Positions 15,622-30,492 of a stretch of 64,000 bases of DNA are shown here, one piece after another; the stretch's first letter is position 1, and each line of letters begins with the position of its first letter. Both the position numbers and the translations under genes were made by a program. This DNA comes from Neocallimastix sp. 'constans'. Its lineage: Eukaryota. The stretch is from the NCBI GenBank assembly GCA_050613775.1, contig JBODTK010000106.1, forward strand, positions 496,001 through 560,000. The letters run 5' to 3'. Under the pieces are notes generated by a model, which made no database searches, was not told the DNA's origin, and saw only the letters and a list, made by a program, of their open reading frames with translations.

Positions 15622-15864
15622 TGTTAAAGTTCAACATAATATTTAAACTTTTGTACATTAGAGTAATATAAATATTTATAATATTTGATTAAGTAATAAT
15701 TTGTATGTAAAATATAAAAAGAAAATTTTTTTTATGAAATTAATATTTGGAGTCTTTTAATTACTTTATTAAATCATATAAATTAATAAATAATAAATAA
15801 GTTTTAATTTAATAATAATACATTTTGTTGTGTTCACATCATATCTTATATTGACTACTTAACA
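15622..15864 (+). repeat. 3' LTR of Copia-1 (243 bp, TGTTAA...TTAACA)
   Basis: Directly follows PPT TAGGGGGAA; 6-bp terminal inverted repeat. Partner LTR is not in the window, so the right end is inferred. Confidence 0.75.
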
Positions 15865-16241
15865 AAAAATGAAAAAATGAAAAATAAATAACTATAAACA
15901 TATAAATAATAAATAATAAATAAAATAAATGAAAATAATAATAGTAAGGATAATTCTTTATTTCTCAAAAAGAACTCAAGAACCTTAGCATTCTTTTAAT
16001 TATCTTTTCCAAATTCCTCTAATTTCCCCTTTTGTAATAATTATAAGTTAAGATTTTTTTCTCTTGTATATTATATTATATATTAATTATTAAGCCATAT
16101 TTTAAAGTATTTTAAAGATAAAAGCCATTTGTACTAAAATTAAATATCAGTAATTAAATTATCTTTAACCAATTTTATTTTTAATGTCAATTTATATTTT
16201 TTTTTTTATTTATTTGTATTTGATATAGTTATTTATAAATA

Positions 16242-16282
<41 letters not shown>

Positions 16283-16774
16283 ATATTATTATCTTTTAAA
16301 TGAAATTAAAAGTCTTACATTAAATACTTTATGTAATTTTAATTTAATAATAATACATTTTGTTGTGTTCACATCATATCTTATATTGACTACTTAACAA
16401 AAAATGAAAAAATGAAAAATAAATAACTATAAACATATAAATAATAAATAATAAATAAAATAAATGAAAATAATAATAGTAAGGATAATTCTTTATTTCT
16501 CAAAAAGAACTCAAGAACCTTAGCATTCTTTTAATTATCTTTTCCAAATTCCTCTAATTTCCCCTTTTGTAATAATTATAAGTTAAGATTTTTTTCTCTT
16601 GTATATTATATTATATATTAATTATTAAGCCATATTTTAAAGTATTTTAAAGATAAAAGCCATTTGTACTAAAATTAAATATCAGTAATTAAATTATCTT
16701 TAACCAATTTTATTTTTAATGTCAATTTATATTTTTTTTTATTTATTTGTATTTGATATAGTTATTTATAAATA

Positions 16775-16815
<41 letters not shown>

Positions 16816-17391
16816 ATATTATTATCTTTTAAATGAAATTAAAAGTCTTACATTAAATACTTTATGTAATTTTAATTTAATAATAATACATTTTGTTGTG
16901 TTCACATCATATCTTATATTGACTACTTAACAAAAAATGAAAAAATGAAAAATAAATAACTATAAACATATAAATAATAAATAATAAATAAAATAAATGA
17001 AAATAATAATAGTAAGGATAATTCTTTATTTCTCAAAGAGAACTCAAGAACCTTAGCATTCTTTTAATTATCTTTTCCAAATTCCTCTAATTTCCCCTTT
17101 TGTAATAATTATAAGTTAAGATTTTTTTCTCTTGTATATTATATTATATATTAATTATTAAGCCATATTTTAAAGATAAAAGCCATTTGTACTAAAATTA
17201 AATATCAGTAATTAAATTATCTTTAACCAATTTTATTTTTAATGTCAATTTATATTTTTTTTTATTTATTTGTATTTGATATAGTTATTTATAAATAAGC
17301 TTTTTTTTTTTTTTTTTTTTTTTAGAAATATTATTATCTTTTAAATGAAATTAAAAGTCTTACATTAAATACTTTATGTAATTTTAATTTA
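15802..17391. repeat. Tandem triplication (~535-bp unit) of the Copia LTR end plus flanking DNA
   Basis: Units start at 15802, 16337 and 16870; junction microhomology TTTTAATTTA. Confidence 0.93.
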
Positions 17392-17763
17392 TGATATACT
17401 TCAAAAATTTGTTAAATTATATTAAACATAAATTTCAAAATGCTTTATATAATAAAATTTTTCATTTTTAAAGTTTATTTTCTATCATAATATATGTATT
17501 ACGTATATTTATAAATATAATGAAAAAATCAGATTTTCAATTTAAATTTTAAATTATAAGAATATTTAGACTTGAAATATATTTTATTTATTTAATCTTT
17601 TTAATCTTTTTAATAACAAAAATTTTCATTAATTTTCTATGGTAAAAAATAACATACTTTTAAAATCTTTATTTTTATTTGTTTATTATTATTTTTGTTT
17701 TATTATATTATTATTACTATTACCCATAAATAATATATCATTTATATTAATATTCAAATAGTT

Positions 17764-20700
17764 ATGAAGAAAATAAATATCATTAGCTCTACTTTATTCT
17801 TTTTTTTATTTATATATTTACAAAAATGTAATTCACATAATATTAAAAGAGATGAAGATGAACCAACAAGATTTGTAATAGTTGCATATGATGAAGATAA
17901 AGGAATTCGTAGAAGATACAGGGTGACATTTAATTATTCAACCTATCTATTTAATGAAAATAAAAGACTAAGTAATATGTATGGTTAATAAAATTATAAT
18001 GAACTTATTTAGTATTGTATTTTATTTGATATAAACGTTACAAAATATTTTATTACTATATCTTTTGGAAATATTATATTAATTTTATTTTTACATTAAG
18101 AATTGATGTTCAAAATGCACTAATTTGTAATGAAGATGATATTGACAATAATGAGGAGGAAATAAAAACTTTACTTTTATGGCATCCTGGAAATTCTTTT
18201 TCAGAAAATATATATTTTTTAAATGCATTTCCGATTTGGTATAATGAACATAAAAAAAAGAATGAAATCTTTTGTTTAAAAACAGAAAGTGTTGGATGGT
18301 ATTCATATATATGTGATATTAAAATCAGTTAAATTAATTTTTAGTAATCATTCAATAAAATGATTTTATTAGGGAAAAAAATGCAATGGAATTAATATGT
18401 GACGATAAAAATAGTACCATACCTTGTCCAGATTTAATATCCCTCGGAACTACACAAGTAATAAATTTATTAATACATTAAAAATTAATATATAAATAAA
18501 TATAAATATATATTTTATATTTTATATTTTATATTTTATATTTTATATTTTATATTTTATATTTTATATTTTATATTTTATATTTTATATTTTATATTTT
18601 ATATTTTATATTTTGTATTTTATATTTTATATTTTATATTTTATATTTTGTATTTTATATTTTATTATTATTATTTTTTTTTTAAAATATTTATATGTAT
18701 ATATATTAATATTAAAGTTACAATTATATATACGTATATATTAAAATATCTATTAATTTATATTTTTATGAATGTTCTATTATATATTTAATATTTTTTT
18801 ATAGTTACCCCATAGATTTAATAGAGGTGAAACGTTAAATTTAAATAATTATTTTACTAAATACTTTAAAAAAACGGGAATATCTATTGAAGGCCTGATA
18901 AATAAATATTCATACTTTGATTGTAAAATTAAATATATGTAGTATTTGTTTAAATATTTATATATATAAAAAAAAATAAATATTCACATTTAAATATATA
19001 TTAGATCGTATTGGTAATAATTGGTTAGCACTACCTATTGTTGCAGATATACGACCACTTCGTTTCAATAAAACAACTTTTGATTATTGCATAAAAAAAG
19101 GATATGACATTCATTATCCACCGGTAATTATATTACATTAAAAAAAAATATTAATGAAATAAATACTAATATTATTATATATTTTATATATTTTATTAAA
19201 GCCTTATAGTAATTATTGGTATATATATATTATAAAATAATAATTTGCATAAAAGTATATTTATGGCTAATTTTTTAGATATCTAATATTAAAAAAAAAA
19301 AAAAAAAATTAAAAATATATTTATTATATTATAGGGGATCAAACTATCAGAAAACCGTATTAAAAATATATTTATTTTTATAATATAACATATTTTTATT
19401 TAAAATTTTATTTATAAATATTAAATTGTACAAACATTCTTTTCAATAATAAAGTGGACATGGGAAAAAGCATTTGAGTATGCCAAATTAATTAAAAATT
19501 GTACTGGATTACCAGGATTTAGAATTTTTGGAAATAAATCTGAAGGTATTAATATATATATAAATATATAGATTATAGATTTTGCTTATTGAAAATATAT
19601 TAAATTATATTGAAATAAAAAAAGATACTAAATTTTTTATTCAGTTATGTCAATCTATTGGAGTACCATTTCTTATTGAAGATCCTGACTTAAATATTAA
19701 AAAATGTGGGTTTAGAAATAAAGATCATATAAAAAAATTAGAGATAATAAGAGAATTATTTGAAGATCATAATGTAATAATTATAATGATATTATAGTAT
19801 ATTATTATAATATTCATTAATTATATATTGTCATTAATTTCTTTATTAATAATAAAATGAAATAAGATAGAACCATGGCTTTATGAACCATTAATTGAAA
19901 AATGGAAAACGGAGAAATATCCTTCTAGTGTTGAAGAGCAACCAATACTTATGTTAGATCCTGAAGTTTTTCATTATGGATCATCATACTTTATTGGATT
20001 AAGTCTAGATGGTTATGTTGGAACTGTAATTAATAATAAATAATTTCGTTGAATATATAATATTTATTTTATATTTTATTTTAATTTTATTATAAAATTA
20101 TTAACAAAAATAATTAATAAATATTTAATTATTATATATATATTTATGATTATATTTAACTATATATGTATATAATAGGTTATTTCTGGTCTTTATTATT
20201 CTGTAATTAAAATTTTTAATTTAATAATATTATTAAATTAAGCAAATAAAAATAAATAAATAAATAAGAATTAACAAAAAACCAATTATAATGTAAAAAA
20301 TACTATTTTTATTATATTTTAATAGTATGTCCCAGGAACTTCTTCATGTAATAATCTAATAATAGAAATAGAAATATATATATATATATATATATATGTT
20401 TTAAAAAATTTAAATTAATTTATTTTAATAAATAAAATGTTGGTAAAAACGTTATATATTATTAAATTGTAAATTAGTTTTAGGTGGACAAGGTAAAAAT
20501 AATATAAATACTTATATAAACATATATTTTATTATACTATTAATATATTAACAATAATAAAAAAATTTGTATCTATAATAAAACTTATAAAAACAAACAA
20601 ACAAACAAACAAAACCAAAACAAACACAAAAAAAAAAAAAAAAGGTATTGTTATAACGAAAAAGTCAAAGTATCCCGATCAAGCGTTTGAATATTTAGAA

Positions 20701-23614
20701 CAATTTTTAAATGCGACATATCCTTATACTTCATTAATGAATGTTTCAGTATCTGTAAGAAATATTACTATAAATTATATATATAATTACAAAAAAATTT
20801 TTTTATTTTCATTTAAATTTTTATTTTTATTTTATTCATTTCAATTTATGTATTATTAAAATTAATTATCATTAATATTATAAATATTATCAATTATAAT
20901 AATAAAATAATAAAAAAATTTTTTTTTTTTTAATAAAATAAAATATATTTAATGTATTTATTAATACAAGCCTTATTCAAATATACCAGGAAAAGAGTAT
21001 ATATTAATATTCATTTTATATAGTATATTCATTATAAATATAAATATATAAAAAAAGTTTAAATATATATTAATTTTTTTTTTTTTTTTTGAAATATTAT
21101 TAAAAGTTGTAAATTAAGTACAGCTAAAAAAACTAACAAAGAACTTTGTAATTCATTAATAAATAAGAATGGAATAATTCCTCATTATTATGTATATAAT
21201 AATAAAACGGAAATTGCTTATTTAAAATATGAAGTAATATCATCAAAAGGAAGAGTAAGGTTTAATAAAGAAAGGACTGTAAATAATATTTCATTATTCA
21301 CAAATATTACTAATATGTATTTTCAATGTGATGATTATTCTGATTATTATGGAAAAAAAATAACAGTGTACGAAAAAGATAGTCTCCAATTACCATTAAA
21401 TGAAAATGAATTTATTATTCTAAAATCAATGAAAAATTACAAAGAAAACAATGAAGATCTTGACTCTAAACAAGACATGTGCTCAATATTTAATGATGCA
21501 TTGAATAAAGCAAAGCCAATTCAGGTATTTATAACATATAAATTAATAATAATGAATAGATATATATAAATTTATTTAATTAATAAAAAATAAATTTTAT
21601 CAATATAAATTTTTTTATTAATATAAATATTTTTATTAATATAAATATTTTTCTTCTTTATTTATTATTTTTATTTTTTTGATAGTTTCCGTATAATACA
21701 TTGTATGAATAAATCATTAATAAAAATTATAAAAAAAAAATAATTAATAGATATATAACACTTATTATTTTTTTCAATTTATGTTTTTTATATATACATA
21801 TATATATTACCGAGATAGCTCTGAAATTAATGAATTTGAAATGAGATCACCAATTTCTATATTATTAGCGCATCTATATTATAATTTCAACGGTACTCAC
21901 GAACAAACATTTGAAGATATAATAAATGAATGTTGTGATATCATAGACGACAGTTTTCTACCTTTTTGTAAAGAGGGTAGTAATGTTAAATTTGAATTTA
22001 ATGAATGTAATCCTGAAACAGAAATGCAAAATATTCATTATTTAAACTGTAAAAATTATGACAAAGATACTAAACTTCCAATATTACCAACTATAAAAAA
22101 ATGTACTTATATTCCCTACAGTAATTTTAAAGGAAAGATTTTAATAAGTACAGGAATAATTTCATCAATAATTGAAGTGATTATTTTTATAATTATTACA
22201 ATGTAAGAATTCAGATTAATTATATTTGTTTCAGATATAAACAATATTTATAATAACGTAATTTAATTTAATAATAATCATTTTTATTATAATTATTTAA
22301 TGATTAGATATCGAAATGAAAAATGTATACATATTGTGGGTTATCATTATTTAATATTATTAATACTATCGACCGTTTTAATGTATATCTCTGCAATACT
22401 ATGGATTGGAGAAAATACTAAATTTAAATGTATATTTAAATTATGGTTAATGATAATAGGAGTATGTAAAATAATATTAAATTTATATATAATTTTTTTT
22501 TTTCATATTCATTTCCTTTTAACAATATTTTTTTTTTTTATTAATATAAAATAATAATTTTTTTTTTCTTATTGTTATCGTTATTATTATTATTATTATT
22601 ATTAATTATTTCTATTCATAATAACGTTCTTGTTGGTATTTATTTTCATTTTATTAATATGATAAGATCTTTGGTTTTATATGCTCTTATTCAATTAAAG
22701 CAAATGCTATTATTACAGTATATAATAATAATAATATGAAAAGTGTTAATAAAAAATCAAAAGATATATTTTATTATATTACTATATTTATAATCCAAAT
22801 TTTTTTATTATCTATATGGTCAATTTTTCATAAGGGTTTAAATATAAAACATTCGAAATTATTTAATATAGGATATTACGATTATAGTGTATGCTCATAT
22901 GGTGACAAAAATATTATAACAATAATATTTTTAATAGATTATATTTTAGTGTTAATATCGATAATTTCTGCATACAAAGGAAGAAATAGTAATAAATTAT
23001 AATTTTTAATATTACATTATTATTTATATTAATTAAATAATTAATTAATTTTTATTATTTATTTATTAATTTATTTATTTATTTATTTATTTTTTTTTTT
23101 TTTTTTTATACTTATAATAATTTTTTTATTTTAAAAAACAAAAGTTCCATCCCAATTCAACTTCGTAAATATAATTTAAATACTTATTTATTAAAATTAT
23201 ATAATTTTAAAAATTTTTAGAACTAATCAAAAAAATTTTATATTAATTAAAAAAAAAAAAATTTTTTTTTTTCCTTTTTTAGTCAAAAAATAACTTAATT
23301 ATTTCAATAATAACACTTTTTCTGGTAAGCGTTATAATTTTTAACCAAATTATTAATATCAATTATTAAATTTTTTTTTCTATTTTATTTATATATAGTT
23401 ATCACTTTGTTACATTATATCTTTATTAGATATTGATAGTCTAAAAGGAAATTATATTACAACAATTTTAATTATTGTAACAGCATTATTAATAAATCTT
23501 ATATTTGTTGGTTCAAAATTATTAATAATTTTCAATATAGGAAATGTTGATTCAATTGTAATTGTAACAAATAGAAATAGTAATAATTTAACTTTAAATC
23601 CAGATACCTTTTAA
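17764..23614 (+). CDS. Multi-exon receptor: signal peptide, solute-binding-protein-like ectodomain, class C GPCR-like 7TM domain
   Basis: Signal peptide. SBP-like motifs CPDLISLGTTQ, WLALPIVADIRPLRFNK, WTWEKAFEYAK, VITKKSKYPDQAFEYL. Cys-rich linker, then hydrophobic helices with YRNEKCI, CIFKLWL, YSIKAN, IPSQFN and FVGSKL. GT-AG introns; exon boundaries not fully resolved. Confidence 0.75.
18511..18665. repeat. (TATATTT)n 7-bp tandem repeat in a receptor intron
   Basis: About 20 units. Confidence 0.9.
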
Positions 23615-24302
23615 ATATCTCTTTTTTTTTCTTTATTTTTGTAAAAGATTAAAAAGTGAAAATTAACTAAAATACAAATAATATAATTAATATACTACTT
23701 TTATTTTTTAAAATAAGAAGTTTTACAAAAAAAAAAAAAAAAAAAAAAAAAAAACAATTTTTGAAAATATAAAATTTTATAAGAAAAAAAAATTTATAAA
23801 TTTCTTATTATAATAAATGCATATTAATCTTTAAAAAAATATAATTATAAAATTTTAATAAATTTAAATACATATTACTATCAAAATAAATAATAAAAAG
23901 TAATATAAAACAGGCTATATTTTTATAATAATTTTTATATAATTTAATATATATATATATATTTAAATAAATGTTTTAAATGATAAATTCAAAAATCCTT
24001 TAAACATACTTAATAATTTGTTTATTACGAATAATATATATATATTATTAATATTATTTACTACAATTATTTATTATAGAGTGAATAGATATATATAAGT
24101 AATCTTAATTATGCCTCAAATATCTTATTTTTTCTTCAATAACTAATTAAATAAGATTCAATTATAATTTTAAATTATATTTAAATATAATTTTTTGTTA
24201 AGAATTAATTGTAAAGAGTATGAAATTCTCCATATGACATTACTTCTTGATAAAAATTATTATAAGATTATTATTTACCAATGATTAGGAATCATTGTGA
24301 TT

Positions 24303-24340
<38 letters not shown>

Positions 24341-27300
24341 CACAAAAAATTGCTGCTTACATTGTATTCAACAATATTTAAAACTCCAATAGAACTATTT
24401 ATTTATGACTGGCTCAATTTTTGTATGGTAAGATAATAATTAAATTCTTATATAGAATAATGATCTCTAAACTAAACCATTTTATTTATTCATTCTCTTC
24501 AACTTCTTTTATAATATACAAAAGACTTATAAAAGAAATATTTCATTTATTGATAATAGACTCTTTAATTAAAAATATTTTATAGATTTAATTTTTTTTG
24601 AAATAACATTAATAAAAATATTCTATTCTTAACAAAGAGAGTTCATGACACATTGACATGATATTGAAGAATTTTTTATTATTAATACTTAAAGTTCATT
24701 AAATCCCGAGAAATGGTCATTTTTTTGCAAAACAAATTAATAAAATTATAATTAAATCTACAAATAGTAGTTCTTTTACACAATTATATATATATATGTT
24801 AGTTTTCGTTCTTTTCCTTTACATATTATTAAATGTTAGGTGTATATCTATTATAAAATAATTTTTTTTTTTAATATTTTTTAAAACATAAAAAAAATTA
24901 TAAAAATATTTTTTAAAAAAAAAATAATATAATAACAATATATATGAATAACGTAGTATTTTTTGTGTTGTTTTATATGACAATAAGTTTAATATCAAAA
25001 GTATTTAGAGTTTTAATTAAAATAAGAATTTTGATAGAATTAAATTTAATATTAAATAAAAAAAAAATACAGAATATTTATTTATAATAATATTTATAAA
25101 CAATTTATTTAAAAATATAATATTTTACTATAATTTAATACTATATTTGTTATGTATAAAAATTGTTAACATAAAAAATTTTTTTAAATGAATGAAATGA
25201 GTTTAATAAATAAACCCTTTTAATAAATAAATTTAATTATTTTTTTAAAGGTTTTACATGAAATTAAGTAAATTCATAAATTCATGACTAGAGAGAGTTT
25301 ATATTCTAATAAATATTTGATAAAAATTAAAAATTAAATATTATATATTGAATATTATATATATTATTTAATGAATATTAATATTAAAGTTTAAGAAAAA
25401 AAAAATTAGTAGTTTTAAAGTTTAATTACTGGAAAATTAAATAAGTATTATATTTTTATTTCAAAATATATTCATTAAAATTATATAATGATAAATAAAA
25501 TTTATAAATTAAAAGTATAATAATTAAATTAATGATGTACCAATAGGAAATTAATTAATATTAAGAAAAAAAATATTTTTGTTTAATCCATCTTTAATTA
25601 TACTTGATTTAAAGATATGGTAGACTTTTTTTTTTTAAAAAAATATATATATATATATTGGCAGTATTTATGTGGAATATATGTACTATTTTTATATTTA
25701 TGAATGTAAAAAGATAATTTAAAAATAATTTATTTTAATAGAAACGTTATATATACATAAAAATAAAAGTATTTATATTTTACTAAACATAATTATATAT
25801 ATAATATCATAATATTTGCCAAGATTTTAAAATAAAATTATTATTATTTTAATTTTTAAATATTTTATTAAAATAATAATTTCGTTTATTTTCCTTTTTT
25901 TTTTTTTTTTTAGTTTTTTCATAATCTATTTAATAAAAGATAATAATTATATTCATGATAATATTAATAATTTCATAATAAAAATTATGACACTTTCAAT
26001 AATTTAATACTATTTTTTTTTTTTTTATAAATAAAATAAAAATAAAAAAACAAAAAAAGCCATTAATATAAAAATTTAATTTTTAATATTTAAAACTTTA
26101 ATATTATTAATATTGTTTTTAATTTAAAATTTTTTGGGGGAAGAAAATGGGAAATAAAATATAATAATAAAATTAAATAAAAATATTATAATAATAGTAA
26201 CAAATTAATTGATTAATAAAAAAATAAATTTAAATAATTAGAATTAAGATATACCTCGTTAAATGGAAATAATACAACATAGATATTAATAAAAATATAA
26301 AATTTTATAATAATTCTATTTACTTTCATTAATGTTTCAAAAATTAAATATTATATAATAATAGTAACATATTTTTTTTTATTCAATTTGATTATTTTGT
26401 TTTACTTAATAATATAATAAAATTTAATCAAAATAATTAAATAAAAGAAGATATAATAATTCTAATTATATCAATAATCAATAATAGAAAATAATTATAT
26501 ATAAAACAAATAATTGTAAAATTACTTTGTAATTATAAAAAGTTTTCTGTATTTTTCAAAAAGAAAAAAAAATGTCTATTTAGAAATTTCTATAATGATA
26601 AATATTAGCTTAATATTAGTAAACTTAATTTTAAAAGGAATAAATCACCCTTAGAATAATGAAGATTTTTATATTAAATTATCAAATATCAAATATTAGC
26701 CTAAAATTTTTGAAATTAATTTTAATTTTCATTTTTATTTTCATTTTTAATAGATAGTAATATTATTTAAAAAAAAAAAATTAATAAATCATTTTCATTA
26801 TTTTTTTTAAAGCAAGTAATTATATTTATATATATATTATTCTTTTAGAAAGAATATAAAACATTTTTTATTCTTTTTTAGTTCATTACTATTATTTATT
26901 ATTAAAAATCAATTATCATATATAATGAAAAATGGATAAATTAATAAATTATTTATTTTAATAAATATTTGATATATTTAATTGATAAGATGTTAATCTT
27001 TATTTTAGATATATTAATACATCTAATATATGAAAAAAAAAATATAATAAACATTAATATTTTTTTTTTATATTTAATCTATTTTATATCTCTTCAACAT
27101 ATCAATTATTATTAATCAGAGATAATTATACATAATTTTGCTTAAAATTTCCATAAATATTATTAATTATTATTAATTATTAGAACAATAAATAAAATTT
27201 AAAAAATTACAGTTATTTTATAGGATACTTTGTTTAATAAATAAATATGACTAATCCTCTTTTTTTAATTGTTGTAATTTTATTTTTTTGATACAATTAT

Positions 27301-28695
27301 TGCTATAAAATATAAAAATAAAGTATTATTTAAATTATTTATTTTAAATTTCATTATTAAATAAATTAAATATATAATTATATTTATATAAATTAGTATT
27401 ATTATATCTTTTTCTTTATTTTAATTTTTTTTTTTTTTTTTTCAAAATAATGTTTTAAAAATATACATATATCCTTTAATATATTAAAAAATAATATTAT
27501 ATTATTTGAATATTTTAGTTTTTTATGATAAATTATTTTAATAAACAGATTTTTTATATAAATATTTAATTTATTATATATAATTTTTCATATTAATTTA
27601 AAAAAAAAAAAAAATTTCAAAAGTTTTATAAAGGGATAAAAAAGGTTTAGTATTATTTTGATTATATAATAATTATATTATATAATTAAACTATCTTATT
27701 GTGTAGAATATTATTTTGTTAAAAATCTTCTTTTAAGGTTCCACATAAAAATATTTTATTTAAATAAAAACTAAATTATTAAATTAAAAAGCGGATCATG
27801 GTTTCATGTCAACTATATTAATAAATAATTACTTTTTAATAGATAAAATTTAATTATTAAATGTAAAATAATAGTAATTGTAACAAAATATAATTAAATA
27901 AAACAATGATAATATAAATAATAAAAGTAGTAGATAGATATATATCATAAAAAAAAAAAAAAAAATTAAAAACCTTTTCATGATAATATAAAATTTATAT
28001 AAAATTTGTTATATATATTTTTATTTTTAATATGATAATAATATAAAAAAAAAAATAATATCTAATTTTTTCTCATTTATTAAATATTAGTATAAATATC
28101 TTTCTTGAAAAATGATTTAAAATACAATAGTTTATGAAATTGAAACCCACAAATTCATTCAAAGTATTCAGTAATTAAATTTTTTATTAAAAAATTTAAA
28201 ACCTTTTTTCAAAATATATATAAATTACAATTTTGATTTATTAAACAAAATACTATTTTTAATATGTAGATGTAGAAAAAAAGTAAAATGTCAATTAAAA
28301 AAGAATATTAATTATTTTTATTTTTATTAATATTAATATTATTTAATATTTTTTTTTTTTTTTTGATTTTTTTTTAATATTACTATTTTTTTTTTTTTTT
28401 TTTTAAATTGAACTTTGTACAATTTATAGTTTATTAATTAAAAGTTTATTTATGGTTTTTACAATTAATAACCTGAATCAAACATATATTTCATGAAAAA
28501 AACTTTTTTATCTTTTTGTTAGAAAATTAACCCATTTTTAGAACAATAGTAAAATATAAAATTTTTATTGGCATAAGTTTAATTTATAATAGAATTAGTT
28601 AAGATTAAAGTTTTTTTTTTTTTTTATGTGAATATTTTTATTTAATTTATATTAATTTTAAAATTTTATTTTATAATTTATTAAATTTAATTTAT

Positions 28696-28753
<58 letters not shown>

Positions 28754-28861
28754 TAATAATAATAGAAAAAAAAAAAAAAAAAAACATTAAAATAATTTAG
28801 TAAATAAATTACATAAAAAAAAGTTAGTCATACAATTAATATTAAACAGATAATAATAATA

Positions 28862-29123
28862 TTTTTTTTTTTTAGATTGGGATTAATGAAAGGAGAGGAT
28901 GATAATAGGGCCTCGATCTCTCCCTTAAACTTATCAGACTCTCAATGGATTCTCTGCCATAACTTTTTATAAGTCTATGTGAACCTCTCTCTAAGCAAGG
29001 CTAATAAAAAGACATTCCCTATACACCTCTTTATTTGATAGACTTCTTATGAGTGATCTCTTGAACGATCATCGAGGGAGGAACAATTACACTAATCCTC
29101 TCACAGATCAAGTACTCTCTTTA
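28862..29123 (-). mobile_element. Possible poly(A)-tailed non-LTR retroelement 3' fragment (SINE/LINE end)
   Basis: GC-richer island ending in an A-tract on the minus strand, flanked by TAATAATAATA on both sides, with internal hairpins. Confidence 0.35.
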
Positions 29124-30028
29124 CTAATAATAATAATATAGTCTAACAACAGGAATACTTACTATGGCAAGCGAACATCAGTTTAATTTATTAGGAAAAA
29201 CACACTGGGAGAATGAAAATGCCCTATATAAAATTAATTATTACCATTTCTCTAGTTATTAGATTCATAAAAATTTTATTTTTTTAAATATTGCATATAA
29301 AAAGCAGAATTTTATTTGTTTATCTTTACTATCACAACTTTATTTAATAATATAAGACATATATTAATTATCATTATATATATTTAATTAAGTATTAAAT
29401 ATAATGAATTAAACTATTAAATAATGGGTAATAGTAAAAAGAAAAAATATATATATAGAAAAAAATTTTTTCATTTGATTCCAAAGATATAATAAAAATC
29501 ATTTTAATAATTTTTATTCAAATTATTTTAAAGCTTTTATTTCATATTTTATTTTATTTTTATTCCAGTCTGAAAAAAATATTTTATTTCGCTTTTGTTT
29601 AATTATTTAATGGCTTTATTATTATTGGATTAGGAAATTTACGTATTAATGTAATAAAACCAAAGTGTTTTATTTCATTTTTTTTTTTTTAGTTTTTATT
29701 AATGTTTTAATCATTTTATATTACTCCATTATTTATTAATTTTATTTTTTAAAAGTTTTAGTTAAAATTTTTATTCTATTTTTTTTTTATAGGAAAATAA
29801 TTTATTATAATAATAAATATATTTTTATTAAATATTTATATTAAATATACATGGTATTCTATTTTAATATCAAATAATATATTTTAATAATATTTTAATA
29901 TAAAATAAAGTTAAATAATGCCTATATTGAGTTATATTTTTAAAATAATAAAAAATAAATTAAATAAAGAAAATTAAACTTTTAAACTTTTAAATTTTAT
30001 TATTTTCTTTTAATTATAAATGAATAAT

Positions 30029-30356
30029 TGTTAAAAATAAAGTTTAATATTTTAATTAAGTCTTGTATAATTAAGATTTACTTATTTATTAAATTAAATA
30101 TGTTTTTCATTATTTTGTATAATGTAAAATATTATGAGGCGTATTAATGATGTACATCATATATTTACAATTATAACTAATATAGTTAAATTAAATTTTA
30201 TTAATGTATATACATTTAAGGATTATGATAATTAATCCTATAATAAAAAAATATTACTAAAAATATATAGTTATTAAAATAATAATAAAATTATAATAAA
30301 ATAAAATAAAGTGATCACATAATAAAAACTAAACAAAAATAACATATACTTTAAAA
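30029..30356 (+). repeat. 5' LTR of Copia-2
   Basis: TGTTAAA...TTTAAAA; direct repeat of 36201-36528. Confidence 0.95.
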
Positions 30357-30380
30357 GATTAAGAGTCTCAGTTAGCTCTA
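30357..30380 (+). promoter_or_regulatory. PBS complementary to the anticodon arm of tRNA-Lys(CUU)
   Basis: GATTAAGAGTCTCA is the reverse complement of TGAGACTCTTAATC; a further GCTCTA would pair with D-arm TAGAGC. The tRNA sequence is recalled, not searched. Confidence 0.75.
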
Positions 30381-30492
30381 GTTAGTTTATAAACATCAAT
30401 AATAATTTATATTCCAACAATAAAAAAAATAAAAGTAAATTGAAATTTCAAGATTCCGAAATTTATTTTAATTAAATCTTAGTTATTCAATA

